A stretch of DNA of 64,000 nucleotides from Cycas panzhihuaensis (lineage: Eukaryota; Plantae; Cycadophyta), in the NCBI GenBank assembly GCA_023213395.1, contig CM041465.1, forward strand, positions 75,461,741 to 75,525,740, written 5' to 3'. Positions 26,480-39,648 of the stretch are shown piece by piece (position 1 is the first letter of the stretch; every line of letters starts with the position of its first letter). The notes under the pieces are model-generated. The model had not been told where the DNA came from. It saw only the letters and a program-made list of their open reading frames with translations, and did not search any database. Made by a program: the position numbers and the translations under genes.

Positions 26480-29400
26480 AAGTCAAATAAGTTAACATGT
26501 ACAAATTACTCAATATGAAAAATTAAAATGAAGGGACTTCTTATTGCAAAGAATGCATGGGAGTTAGTCATTGAAAAAGAAGCAAAATCGACCACAGATA
26601 TAGCAACAAAAATTAGTTGGGAGGAAAGAGATAAGTAGGCTTTAATCATAATCATTCTGTCCATTAGTGACTCCATTTTATAACACATATCAATAGAGTC
26701 TCCACTTCTGTAAAAGCTTAAAAAATCCTAACTTCCTTATTTAGTCAAAAGAATGAAGCTCGCATTATTTCTCTAAGAGAACAACTTTACCAACTACATT
26801 TATAGGAGGGAAAGAAAATTATTGATTTCATCACCAAATAAGTAGAAATCAAGGACAACTTAGACTATGTTGGAAAGACCATGTTAGATACTAAAATTGT
26901 TCATCTTATACTCAATAAATTGCCAAAGTCATTTAATAACCTAGTGAATACTCTTACTATTGGTGAACAAGCATAAAATATGTCTTTCAATATATTGTGT
27001 GGTCATTTGCTTTAACAGGAACAAAGAACTTACAAGTATGAAGAGGGAGTAGATGTTGAAGAAGCCTTTATCTCAAGGCTTAGAATTAGTGAAAGAGTGG
27101 CACAAAGTACTAAGGGAAGATCATTTAAAACTAAAAATAACAGAGGAAGATCCTTCAGAGGAATTGGAAGAGGCAAATCAGTTGATACTCAAGTATGTTA
27201 TCAATGTGGAAGAACAGGTCACAACGCAATAGACTGTAAAACAATCAAAAGTCACCCATGCTATTACTGTGGAAGGCATGGACATCTCTCCAACAACTGT
27301 TTCTATAAAAGATTTGACATTTCCAAGGGTAAACGAGTTGAAGGAAACTACAGTAAAGAACAATCAAAAGATGAAGATGATAAAGAGACCACCTTTGTTG
27401 TTGCTTTAATTTCATCTATCCAACATAGTGAGAATTTGTTTGCTGACTCAAGCACATCAAACCATATGATAGGTAGAGAGGATCCATTTGAATCCATGTA
27501 GCCATACATGACAAACAAAACTGTGGAATTAAGTAATAATCACCATCTGAAAATTAAACACAGAGAAACTACAACAATCCAAATTAAACGTGAAATTTAG
27601 AAAATTGGAAATGTGTTATTTGTACTAGGCATGATGAAGAATCTTCTTTCAGTATCACAGTTAAGAAAGAAGCAACTTCGTGTGATCTTTCATGAAAATG
27701 GTACATGTTATATTCTTGACATAAAAAATGAAGGTCAAGCCATTGTTAAAGGAATACAAACTAATGACTTTTATAAGTTGGTTGCTTCCCTTGTTATCCC
27801 CTCTGTAAAAGCTCTTATTGTTCAAGATAATCATAATGAAATCCAACACTTTCATTATGGACATATTGTTGATAATAGGTTAAAATTGCTAAAATTTTCC
27901 AAGATGTTTGATGGACTGCCTATTAATCTTACAATGAATATTTCTATTTGCAAAAGTCATATGCTAAAGAAACATCATAGAATGTTATTTCAAGAAAGCA
28001 TTTATAAAGCAAAAGAAAACCTAGAACTGATTCACAGTGATATATGTGAACCTGTTACACCAAATTTTGTAAATGGTGCCACGTATTTTTCTCACTTTTA
28101 TAAATGATTTTATTAGAAAAGTTTAGGTTTGCTTTATCTTTGGTAAATCTAAAGCCCTTCATTATTTAAAGAGTTCAAGGTCCATGTAGAACTTAAAAGT
28201 AGGCACAAAATAAAGATGTTGAGGACAGATAGAGGTGGAGAGTATGTTCGAAATGATTTTTAAAGTTTTTGCAAAACTCATGGCATTTATAGGTAGATTG
28301 TGACTCTATATACGCCACAGTCAAATGGAGTAGCTAAAAGATTAAACAAAGACCTTAATTGAGATGGCTTGATACATGATGAAGGAGAAAAATGCATCAA
28401 ATACATATTAGGTTGAAATTGTCAACATTGTTGTCTACCTAACAAATAGATGTCCTATGAAGCCACTTTACAATGTTGCTCGAGAAAAAGCTTGGACATG
28501 CATAGAACCAGATGCAAGTCATCTAATAATTTTTGGATGCATTGTCAATGTACATGTTCTAACTCATAAAAGAACCAAATTAGATAATAAAAACATTGAA
28601 TATATTTTAGTTTGACACAATATAAAATCAAAATCCTATTGATGCATAGACATCAAAACAAAGAAAATGTATGTAAATAGAGATATAACCTTTGATGAAG
28701 GGGTCTCGATAAATAAAAATATTGATTATTTTTAAAAAAATATAATAGTAGAAAAAAATGTAAAATCTACTATAAATCCTACCCAGAAAGAATTAGAAGA
28801 TACAGAAGAGTCAACCTCTTAAGAAGATACAGAAGAGTCGACTTCTTAAGAAGAATCAAAAGAGGAAGGGTGGAAAAATATCTCAAACAAAAGGTTACCT
28901 AAATGGTACCTATAAACTATTGAATAATCGAGAGGAGACGTATTCAAACACAAAACCATATCTCAAAGGCATCAAGCCTTGGCCTACTTAATCAAACCTT
29001 AAAACTTTGAAGAAGCTTATGAAAAAATAGAATTAGAAAAAGCTATGGACAAGAAAATGAAATCCATAAATCAAAATAACACTTGGGATCTAGTTTCACT
29101 TCCAAAGGATAAACCTATTGTGGGCTACAAATAGGTATATAAAATAAAAGAAAAATCTAATTGGAGCATAGAAAAGTATAAAGCCCGGATTATAACTAAA
29201 GAATACACTCAGAGAGTAGGAATTGACTATGAAAAGACATTTGCTCTAGTAGCAAAGCTCATAATTATTTGCACTGTCATAGCCTTCACAAGTCAACGCA
29301 ATTAAAAAATTGTGCAAATGGATGTAAAATGTATCTTTTTAAATGGTGATCTCAATAAAGAAATTTATATAGAACAACCACCCAGGTGTATTAAAAAATG

Positions 29401-30533
29401 GGGGAGAACATCTGGTTTGCAAATTAAATAAGGCACTATATAGTCTACAGTAGGCACCGAGAGCCTAGTATGTTAAGTTAGATCTTCATCTACAACAAGG
29501 AGATTTTCGTAAATGTGCAATAGATCCAAACATTTATATAAAAATGCAAGAAAATTTGATCAACATTATTGTAGTATATGTAGATGATCTAATTACCACA
29601 GGGAATAATAATCAAACCATCAACCAGATATAAGGATAAATAGAAAAAAAATTTGAAATGACCAGCTTGGGTGTTTTCCCCTACTATCTTGGTATAGAAG
29701 TTGATCAAGGAGAAAGTGGCATTTTGTGGCATTTCTATTTCACAATTTAAATATGTAAAAAACTTGCTAAAAAAGTTCAACATAGAGGAATACAATACGT
29801 GTGTTACACCAATGGAAGTAGGTTGTGTCCTCACTACTAATAAAAGTAAACAGTAATAAGTAAATGAAATCCTCTTTAGACAACTTGTTTAAAGCTTCAT
29901 TTATCTAACAACAACTAAACCCGATATTTCCTTCCCTATTGGAATCATTTCTAGGTTTATGCATAATTCAAATATTGCACATTTGAATGCTGCCAAGAAA
30001 GTCTTGAGATATATCAAAAATGCCTTAAATTTTGGGCTACAATACTCAAGGATAAATAAATCAGATCTTACTAGATACATTAACTCTAATTGCATTAGAA
30101 ATCCCAAGAAAGGAAATCAATATTTAAATATTTTTTTTAATCTCTAAATTGCTATAACATCTTGAAGCAACAAAACACAACCAACAGTAGCCATATCTTC
30201 TACAAAAACAGAATATAAGACTGTTGTAAATGCAACTTGTGAAACAGTTTGATTAAGATAATTATTGAATCATCTAAATTAATGCTATGAAAAAGCAACA
30301 ATAATTTATTGCGACAATCAAAGTATGATTAAAATTATTAAGAATCTTATCTTTCATGCAATGCCCAAACACATAGAGGTTCATCACTTTATCAGAGAAA
30401 AAGTTCAAAATTAAAAAAACGAGTTACAATATTATAGTAACAATCAATAAGTTGCAAGCATTTTTAGAAAACCATTACCAAAGGATGAATTTTAATATTT
30501 CTAGGATTTACTTGGAATAAAAGACAAAGGATA
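26480..30533 (+). pseudogene. gag-pol: Copia gag-pol, decayed, with two CCHC knuckles
   Basis: KIKMKGLLIAKNAWELV (gag); CYQCGRTGHNAIDC and CYYCGRHGHLSNNC; ADSSTSNHM (PR); LELIHSDICEP and LRTDRGGEY (INT); NNTWDLV and VVYVDD (RT); IYCDNQS (RH). Confidence 0.93.
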
Positions 30534-30549
30534 AAACATTAAGAGAGGG

Positions 30550-30782
30550 TGTTAGAATGTTAGTGTTTTATTCTCAAGTTGTATTTTATAAAATCAAAAG
30601 GGTTATGTGTCATCATACCCTCTTTGTATTAATTTAACACTTGTCACTCATGATGGACAATTGTCATCTATATACAAATCAATTATGTAAAGATTACTTG
30701 TATAAATGACCATCCCTCACATTAAATCAATGAAGAATTTAATTCTGTTATCTAAGAAATGTGTTTAGTCTATGTTTCAACA
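30550..30782 (+). repeat. 3' LTR (233 bp)
   Basis: Follows the PPT, aligns with the 5' LTR, followed by the TSD. Confidence 0.95.
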
Positions 30783-31250
30783 ATTATGGTTTCAATCCTT
30801 CATTTTTATTTACGTGTGAGTTTTATAAATTCGATCTTTGTGTATTTAATTAACCAATGATTATCAAATCACCCCTTTAAAACCTACATATAAAACACTC
30901 TAGTTTCTTCTTTCTTTCTTTTTCTTTTTTTTTTTTGTTAAAGTCGTTAAAAAATAAAACCAATTATGTCATCTATATAAATTCATTAGTGACATTTTCT
31001 TATAGTTACTTCTTCATATTTATAAGTCAAGTTATTAATAGTCACCCACACAACCACTAACCTCTTATGCATTCACCGTAGCTCTAATATTTAAATTTAA
31101 TTATATTGGGGAGGATGTCTTCTATATTATTACAGTATATACTTTTTTATCACATAAGTAAATGAAATCCATTTTTTTATTATGAATATTTTTTAGTAAT
31201 AATATCATAAAATGTTTTTTAGTATTTTATAATTTTATTTGTAAATCAAT

Positions 31251-31330
31251 GTGTTATAGCATAATGTTAGTGGGTTAGGGTCAAAGTGTAGGTGATTAAA
31301 TAGGTCATGGGTTCGAGTCTTATGGACACA
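31251..31330 (+). mobile_element. tRNA-derived SINE-like head (Pol III A and B boxes), degenerate
   Basis: A-box-like TAGCATAATG (31257) and B-box GGGTTCGAGTC (31309), flanked by GTGTTATA / TATGGACAC that could form an acceptor-like stem. No clean cloverleaf. Confidence 0.5.
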
Positions 31331-34300
31331 TGCTTCCCTGTGCATGCAAACACCTTAGGATAGTTATCTTTTCTTTTACTCTTTTTGATATCGTTCTTTT
31401 TCTTTTAATGCATAAATGAACTTTCATTAAATCCACATATATTCAATATTTAAGTAAACCTTTTGGGGAATGCAAATGATATTATTTTGATAATCAATAT
31501 CATATTTAAACAAATTTGATGTATGTGAGTAAAAGCATTAATCTTTGGTTAATGGGTTTATAAAGAAGCATGAATATGCGCAATCAAAGGTGTTATAACT
31601 TAAGACATATAAAACATTTTATTAAGTTTACCTTGAAGTGGTCCATCTGAAGATTTAAATTCAATATCAAACATGTTTCTTTTAAACATTTGAATGAATA
31701 AAAAAGGTAAATTTATATGAGACATTACAAATTAACAAACTTCACCCTTAATAAACATATAAATTGAATAATTTACCAATTGAAAACACATTATTCTAAC
31801 CTATATTTTGATAAGATTTTAAGGCTGATAAATATTATAAATTAAACCTAAATAGGACACTTAAAATTGTTTAGTTTTAACATGAAATGTTAACTCTTAA
31901 ACCTTTCAAAGCAAAGCCTTATTAAACATTATGTACATTCATACTTCAAGGGTACAAAAAAATGATCTTGTATATACTTTGAAGAATTCATGGTTACTAT
32001 TGACATCATTAAAGGTCACATTTTGGATATTCTAAAGGAAATATTTTGATACATCTTATTAGCTCACCCAGTCGTCCATATGTAAGGCACAAATAGGCCA
32101 TCCTCATCCTTCATATAAGCAATTGAAAAGGGGATTTTGACAGACAATAATGATCATATAGATTAGGGGGATGATTAAATGCATTTACACTTCAAATTTT
32201 GTTCACATAAGAGAAACTAAAAGGAGGGAATTTGATGCATACTCATAGTTGCATTTCAATTTTAAATTCTAATATAAACAACTAAAGAAAAATTGAAAAA
32301 ATCTACTTCATAAAGTTATACTTGAAAGTATATTAGTTGCATAATTTGCTTAAATATCTTGCAAAATCCCTTATTTTTCAAGCATTAAGGAAGGAAGTCT
32401 ACAAAGCACAAGACATAAATACAAGGGACTTCAGGACTTTAAAATAGTCTTAACACATACTAGAAAATAATTTTGTTTTAGTGTTTGAGTTCGATTTAAT
32501 GTTCAATGATTAAGTAGGTCACTTCATAGGGACCTTAAAACCATGTATAAATGTGATTTTTTCACTCAAAATGATATCATCAACTTGAAAAACAAAACTT
32601 TTAATCGATAAACACACTTGCAAATTTTTTAGGTGTTATCAAAATTTAAAAAATATGTTTTTTGTTTTAAAAAATAATGAAATATTAATAAAACTCGCAA
32701 AAGGCAATACAAAAATACAATTTCAGTTTTACAAACACATACGATGAATTCGGGATTTGTTTGATCTTTAGTGTTGTCTCTTGTCTTCATCCACATGCAT
32801 TGTTTATTCAACATCTTGGGTTGTGACTTCTGTCACATTGGGTTTTAAAATGAGGAGTTGTCATCAAGGTGTTTCCATTTCGTCAATCTGTCATCGTCCC
32901 CTAAAACCCTCAAGTACATCCAAAGTGTTTACAAAGTTAAAATCCTATCTTATTACTTTCACCAAGAAATCCCTAGACTAAGACTGCCCACTAACATAGG
33001 GTCTTAGAGTGTGCCAATCTCTCAGCCAACTAGGGCTAGTTCCTTAGCAAGGATGCAATCACGTGGATGTGTTTTACTTGTTTAGACCTATCATTAAAAA
33101 CATGGGCTATAAATAACCTTGATAGCTATGCGGGTGCCAAAGGGTAAGAGGTTTGACTATATGTTTGCTTTTTAGGAGTGTATCATGAATCTGTAGCTGG
33201 TTGAATGTCCTATCGAGAAACCATATATGAATTTATCTTGCCACCACTTACACTATTCATCATTACTCAAGACATCTGGTAGTTTACCTTGGAATTCATT
33301 GCCAAAGTTGGAAACAATGACTCTAACAAGCTTAAGCTGCATTAACCAATAGAGACCATCAAGTAATCCTTGGTCGAAAGAGTGTTTAAGTAGCTTTAAA
33401 GACCTTAAGTTTGTCATTCCCACTTACTGTGAAGAAAATATTAGCATGATAGCCTAGTGTTGGTATTCACTTTTCAGTAAGTTGAACCCCTCTCTTTGAA
33501 AGTCAATTTTTGTTATTTGGATTCTTTTAAATCCCTTGGGCTAAAATTTCACATAAAGGTGACATGCACAATTCACTATTGCTCAATTGAGTACTTTTCT
33601 TTAATAATTTTATTTCTAACTTATAAAATGTCGACTAAGATGTGATTTTAACTTCTTATTGCGCATATAAATTACTTTTAAATGGAATCTAAGGTTATCA
33701 CAATTCCTGCATCAAGAGCTCTTGAAAAAGGATTTATTACTGAAAAGTTAAGCAAAGGGCCACAATACATATTGAAATAGGGAGCAAGCCTGTAGTGCAA
33801 AGTTAAAAGAGAATACCTACTTCAAACCAATTCTAAAGGTAACACCAATTGTGAAGAATTTAAAAGTGGCAACAGTTGTGAATATCACCATAGGAGATCA
33901 AAATTAATATAGGATGAAAGTGATCTAATAAAAGGTAATTCTACAACATGTATTCAAATGTGAAGGTAAGCATCAATTGATGTAATTGTTGAACAGTTGA
34001 ACGATATGAATAACTATTGTTTGAGAAATTTGGGCAAGTATGGAAAGTCTCGCAAATTATGTAAGATGATGGGCATGGTAAGATAATAATGATTGATTTA
34101 TAAGTTTAACATGTATTACTGTTAAAAGGGGAACCCCACACTTTGTTTATGAATCTCTTCTATTTAGAAGTGAATATAAATGTTTTTATTTGTAAAATAT
34201 TATGAATCAATCTATAAATTGAGGTGTGTTTTATTGATGTTGAATGTGAGTCTCATAAAGTAGGTTAAAGATGCCCATGGAAAAATGTTTTTGATGTTGG

Positions 34301-36463
34301 ATACCAAGTGTCCCAAATTAAAATGGTGAAAGGTGGTGGAGTAGATCGATTAGATGTAGCAACAAATGTAACCAATGAGTTCAATAAGTCCATGAAACCC
34401 TTATGATAAGTATTGATCAGTGTGTTGTAGAAAGAGCAAAAGTATAGTTCAAAACTTGAGGATTAAAAATGTGATGGAAGGGTAATAAGATGCAAACAAT
34501 ATTCAATGTTAAAGGTGAATTGCAATTGTAAAGTGTACTAAACTAGTTTTAGGCATGGAGACAACAACATATGGTGACAACAATGAATGGGCCATTCAAA
34601 TACCAAACCTATTGTATGATTCAATAGAGTTGAAGAGGATGTTCAAATCTATATGCAACACAAATAAGAAGTCAAAAACATGTTGAAATATTTGTTTATA
34701 ATATAATTTTTATTATTATGTGTTATTGGTGGATGCATACACCAAGTCACATATTGCCAAAAGAATAGTTGTAAATTTTTAAAAGGAGAAAACTGATAAA
34801 AAAATAAATTTATGTTTAAAACATAAATTGCACATTCAACTAAATTTTAATTAATTAAATTCTATTAAATTTTTTTCTAATTTTTCGAAATTTGAAAATG
34901 TCTACAAAAATTTAGTGTATAACCACTTGAAACAGATCAATTCTGAATATGAGATAAAGTAATCCATTCATAAATTTAAAGTTACATAGAAATTTTTTCT
35001 ATTTGTAGGTGGCTAGCCCAACAAGGGCAATTGTTGATAAGGGTTCAAAAAAACAATAGCTAAAATTTTTAGATCAATTTTGAGTATTTACCATGAGCCA
35101 AATCATAAATTTGAGGGATAATTTTTGTTTGAGTGGGAGAATTTCTGAAAATTTATTGAGTGTGCAAGTCTAAGATATTTTTAGATCAATTTGAAGCTTG
35201 TCATTAATATAATAGACAATTGAGAGAAAATACTTTAAAGCCCACTTAAAGAGGAATCATAGCATATCAGATAGCAAGAAAGTTGAAAATCTAGGTTTAA
35301 ATGTGAAATGCCTACAAATCAATTCTACGAAAGAACAGATTATTTCTTTTCATTAATTAAAGGCACAAAACAATGGCTGCCAATTGATGTATAACAAGTC
35401 CATATACAATTTTGTATTGTTGTTGGATGTTGCCATAACCTAAGGCAAGAGGATATCAAGGGTTAATGCACAAGATCTATTTGGGAGAAGCCCAATGCTG
35501 AGAGAAAAGCCCAAGCAATAAGCATAATTGTTGTGATGTAGTAGTTGGGGTTTGACACCAAAATGCAAACCACAAAATGTAGAGGAGACAAGGATGTTGT
35601 TGGTCCATTGCATGATAGCAAACATGAAGAAATGAATGAGATTCGTTCCTTAGTGGTGCAAATCAACTATGACTTCCCAAGTGATAATTGGCAAGCTAAC
35701 TCACTTTAGTAGAAGAAAATCGCACAATGCAAGTCCATGAGAGTGAGTAGAAATGAGATAACACATAGACAAAACATTTGTAGATGTGACAGTAGGCATT
35801 AAGCAATCCATAAGACAATGAGAAATCTCCATCAAGGGTGATGCCTCTTGAAGTTGTGAATCAAACACTATGATATTGAGAGTAGTTGCCATTGCAAACG
35901 TGCCAAAAAGTTGGTCTGTAAGAGTACATACCTATGAACCTTTAACCATAAGAAATGCAAAATTGTCCATGTGAATTGAAGCAAGCTAAGGAAATTGCAG
36001 ACTATACTAGAGACTTGGCATTTGGAGCTTATAATAGTGAGACATTCGGCATTGAGAACCATCATTTTCCATTGTTGGGTGCTCGTCTAGTTAAGAATCT
36101 TGTCCACAGGATAAGCATATAGTTCATGGATATTAAAGAGTACTTAACTCCGAAAGACATCGCCAAATGGAGAGTTGGAATTCCATGAGCCGTCCATAAA
36201 TCAAAATCGATGAAGTCACCTGCAAAATTTACAAATCGACGAATGGAGAAACTAAATCCACCTTGGTGTAATTTTTTTACCCTAAGTCTCATTAAATTAA
36301 AATGAATTTAATTTTTACTTGAAGTCTAAAGCCCCAAAGTAATTAATGGGTGGTTGATCATTTGTGTTAAGTCACGAGACTATGACCTAAAACAAAAGGA
36401 TGTCAAGTTACTTTTATAACCCTCAAGTGATATTTTAAGACGTCATTACATTCTGGGCCATAA

Positions 36464-36688
36464 CACAGTGAGCCTAATTAATATATAATTAAGTATTAGT
36501 GCTTAATAATGAAGGGTGACATTTATTAATGATTAGTCATGCCCCTTCATATGAATAGTATAAATAGGAGCTCCATTGTAAAATTCAATCATGAATTCAT
36601 GTCATAATCAATTATATCTTTGAATATTTCTACGTCTTTGACCATGTTTGCATCTTATTTATGAGTGTGAGCAATCTAGGTCACCTCA
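36464..36688 (+). repeat. 5' LTR
   Basis: Aligns with the split 3' LTR (GCCTAATTAATATATAATTA...CCCTTCATATGAATA...GGTCACCTCA). The terminal TG has decayed. Confidence 0.88.
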
Positions 36689-37599
36689 AGTGGTATAAGA
36701 GCCAATATCTTGCCAACGTGAAAATATATATATATATACATATATATATATAATCTTGCTCCTCATCTATTAGTGTCCTCTCACATGTTGACCTACAGAA
36801 GCAAAAACACATGTCATATTTTTAAGCATTACATTTCTATTGCATAGTATCGCATTTTAGGTTTGTCACACAAATAATCCTCTTATTGAGAGTCAACTCT
36901 AAGAACACTATTTGCCCTACTCTAGAAAGGGGAAATTATCCCTGTCAACTTATCATTTCCATCCTTGTGAGGGTCTACAATGCCCATCCTTGCTTTAGAA
37001 ATGGGTAAACTACATATGTTATAACCTATTGTCTAAGGTCGTCGCTACCTTAAGTCTACAAAAGGGTCTTTCTGATGTCATTCGCTATAGATATATCGGT
37101 ATCCTACCCCTCATATTGCCAACATGTTATTGCAATGTCATCCAATACAAATAGATCTATGTCCTGCCCCTCATATTGTCGACCATTTTGTCTAGGCATT
37201 AAGGTTGACCCGTATGCTACCTTACTGCCACCGCCAATTGGGCCCCGTAGTTACACCCTACTTGTAGCCTTTATCACCTATAATAAGCCTATAATATATT
37301 ATACTATAATATATATTATAGTATAATATAATATAATATATTACTTTAGGCTTATAATAGACTATATTAAGCCTATAATATATACTATATTATATTAAGA
37401 CTATACGAGTTAATACAATTCCATATTTAAACAATTTTTTAGAATATGTATTATCAAAATGACATCAAAATTAATTTTAAAATATTACAATAAAATATTC
37501 TCTATCAAAATACTTTAAAAAAAAGGATTATTTAAGTCTAGCAGACAAGTAGAATATGACAATAGTTGAATATATCAAATTACAATTCGAGTGGTCATC

Positions 37600-37910
37600 A
37601 AATTAGAAGATTAGGAAAAACTTTGGCATTTCACACTTTGACAGATCAAATAAGTACATCATCCAATGGCTGCAAGTTCTAAGATTTTTTTTGTGCTTTA
37701 AAACATCGTAAATGATGAATAAAAAGTATTATATGCCACGTTGTACATATACAAAATAGCATTTAACTAGTAGATAAAGTGGTTACAAGTGCAAGAAAAT
37801 GAAAATCATATATAACTATAACTTAGAAACTATTCTCAACAACATTTAAGGGTCATTGTAAAGACGAAGATGACACCATTATTATTACTGCGATACAAAC
37901 TTTAGAGGTG
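37600..37910 (+). pseudogene. gag: Chromovirus-type gag remnant
   Basis: Piecewise translation GISHFDRSNKYIIQWLQ...FF...VNDE*KVLYATLYIYKIAFN**IKW follows the FDG...W...FF...K(V)..A...L...A..W pattern of gypsy gag. Confidence 0.6.
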
Positions 37911-39352
37911 GAACTTAGTACTAAAGGGAACTCCAAAGAAAGCTTAATTATGTCAAGAAATCAAAGAATTCCCCCACCCAGCACCATTCAAATATCAATC
38001 AAAACTAGAATATTTTCCAAAGTTGATAAGCCTCAATAGCGCACTCTTGTTACCATAAATCAAAGAAGAAAAAGAGAAATTAAAAAAGAATTCGAAGTTA
38101 ACAAATGTTTAACAAAATACACATCAAAAAATATCAATGAGAGCGATGAATAACTGGGAATGTGACCACATCTACAAGAAATTCCATAAAAATAAAACAA
38201 TCAAATACTTGTAATAATAGGAAATCAAGTTACAAACACCTAGATAAAAGAATTAAATAATGATGAAAACAGATCAATTATTGAAAGTTGGATAACTCAA
38301 AAAATAGCTACTACATCCTCTATATCCACAAAATATTCATATAAAAAGCACTATGGAAATAGATATCAACCTAGTCAACTATCTTCACATGCAGATATGG
38401 ACCACAATTGGAAATTTCGAAAAAAAATGCCCTCGCGTACAAATGAAGATAACAAGAGAAACTGAAAACAAATTAATCCTAATTCTGGTACTAATCCCCA
38501 TATCAATTCCAAGGTTGCTACTATAAATCCATAAAATATTAATAGCAAACAGGAGCTAGTTGCAAAAATATCTAATCAAATCCTTCCATCACAACATGAA
38601 CAGTCTAGTAAAAAACTAACTCTTGATAATGGCACGCTTAGCAATGACAAATCAGAAGAATCAACCAAAGATGGTAATATAGACATCAAGTCACATGAAA
38701 AGGATATTACAACATTATCACCCAATTACTATAGTTTCAAAAATCTCTCACTCTAGAATCGTCATTAATACTCCTTTTATCTCCCTCATAGTTGAAGAAA
38801 TCTCATAGAACATCTCTATAATCCATACTTAAAAAGTATGACAGAAATCAACAAAAATTTTAGAAAATCAAGTTATCTAATCATAATTTTAAGTGGAAGG
38901 CCTTGGGATGCCTCAACAACAATACACCAAGCAGATGAATATGCCATAACGTTTTCACAAAACTTGAAATTGCATCAAACTTGAAGACAATGGTCAATAA
39001 CACCATGGTTCAATAAGCAATTTTACTAAAATCTAGGACAAAGCATCTTTTGGATCACATGTTCAACATCTTTTGTAGCTTAAATCAAGATGTGAATTTT
39101 ACGAACCCATACGACATTATGTTGCTCACATAAGGTCTATTCCATTCCAATAGCCTTTGAGGACCAAGCCTTTCAAGAGGGGAGAGTTTATTACGTGCCT
39201 AATTAATATATAATTAGGCATTAATAATTAATAATAAAAGGTGGTGTCTATTCATGATTAATCACGGCCCTTCATATGAATAATATATATAGGAACTCCA
39301 TTATAGTATTCAATCATAAATTCATATCATAATCAATTATATCTTTGAATAG

Positions 39353-39648
39353 GGCAGGGGGGAGAAGTCCCAGCCCCTCCGAGGGGGGGCCCAGGTGAGC
39401 CAGATCTTACATCAACCCCTCAGCCGGCTTTGAGAAGGCCTCCGGATGTGGGCACAGAAAGGAAAGTCGGAAGGCCGCCGTTAAAGCTCCTAAGGGAGAA
39501 AGAAGCGGCTTCCCAAGTTGATCAAGGCAGCCAGAAAACCTTAAAGGAGACGTTTTTGGAAGGGCCTATCCTGAGATCTAGCACTGCAGGTAAGGAGCCT
39601 CCTAAAGGAGAGCCTGCAGAAGTTTGGAAGCAAAGAAAGAAGAGATGA
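39353..39648 (+). pseudogene. ORF1: LINE ORF1 C-terminal fragment
   Basis: Basic tail KVGRPPLKLLREKEAASQVDQGSQKTL...KQRKKR* directly upstream of ORF2; cut by the 5' truncation. Confidence 0.7.

Larger units (their letters stand above)
25525..30782 (+). mobile_element. Full-length, old Ty1/copia LTR retrotransposon
   Basis: LTRs at 25525-25760 and 30550-30782. Perfect TSD ATTAT. PBS TGGTATCAAAG at 25761, PPT AAGAGAGGG at 30541-30549. Copia domain order. Confidence 0.96.

Noticed and set aside
31900-36300. Exons of a host gene or DNA transposase (splice-like TTTGTAG/GT at ~35008, short ORFs at 35440-36292)
   Set aside because: No coherent reading frame or recognisable domain in any frame; left unannotated.
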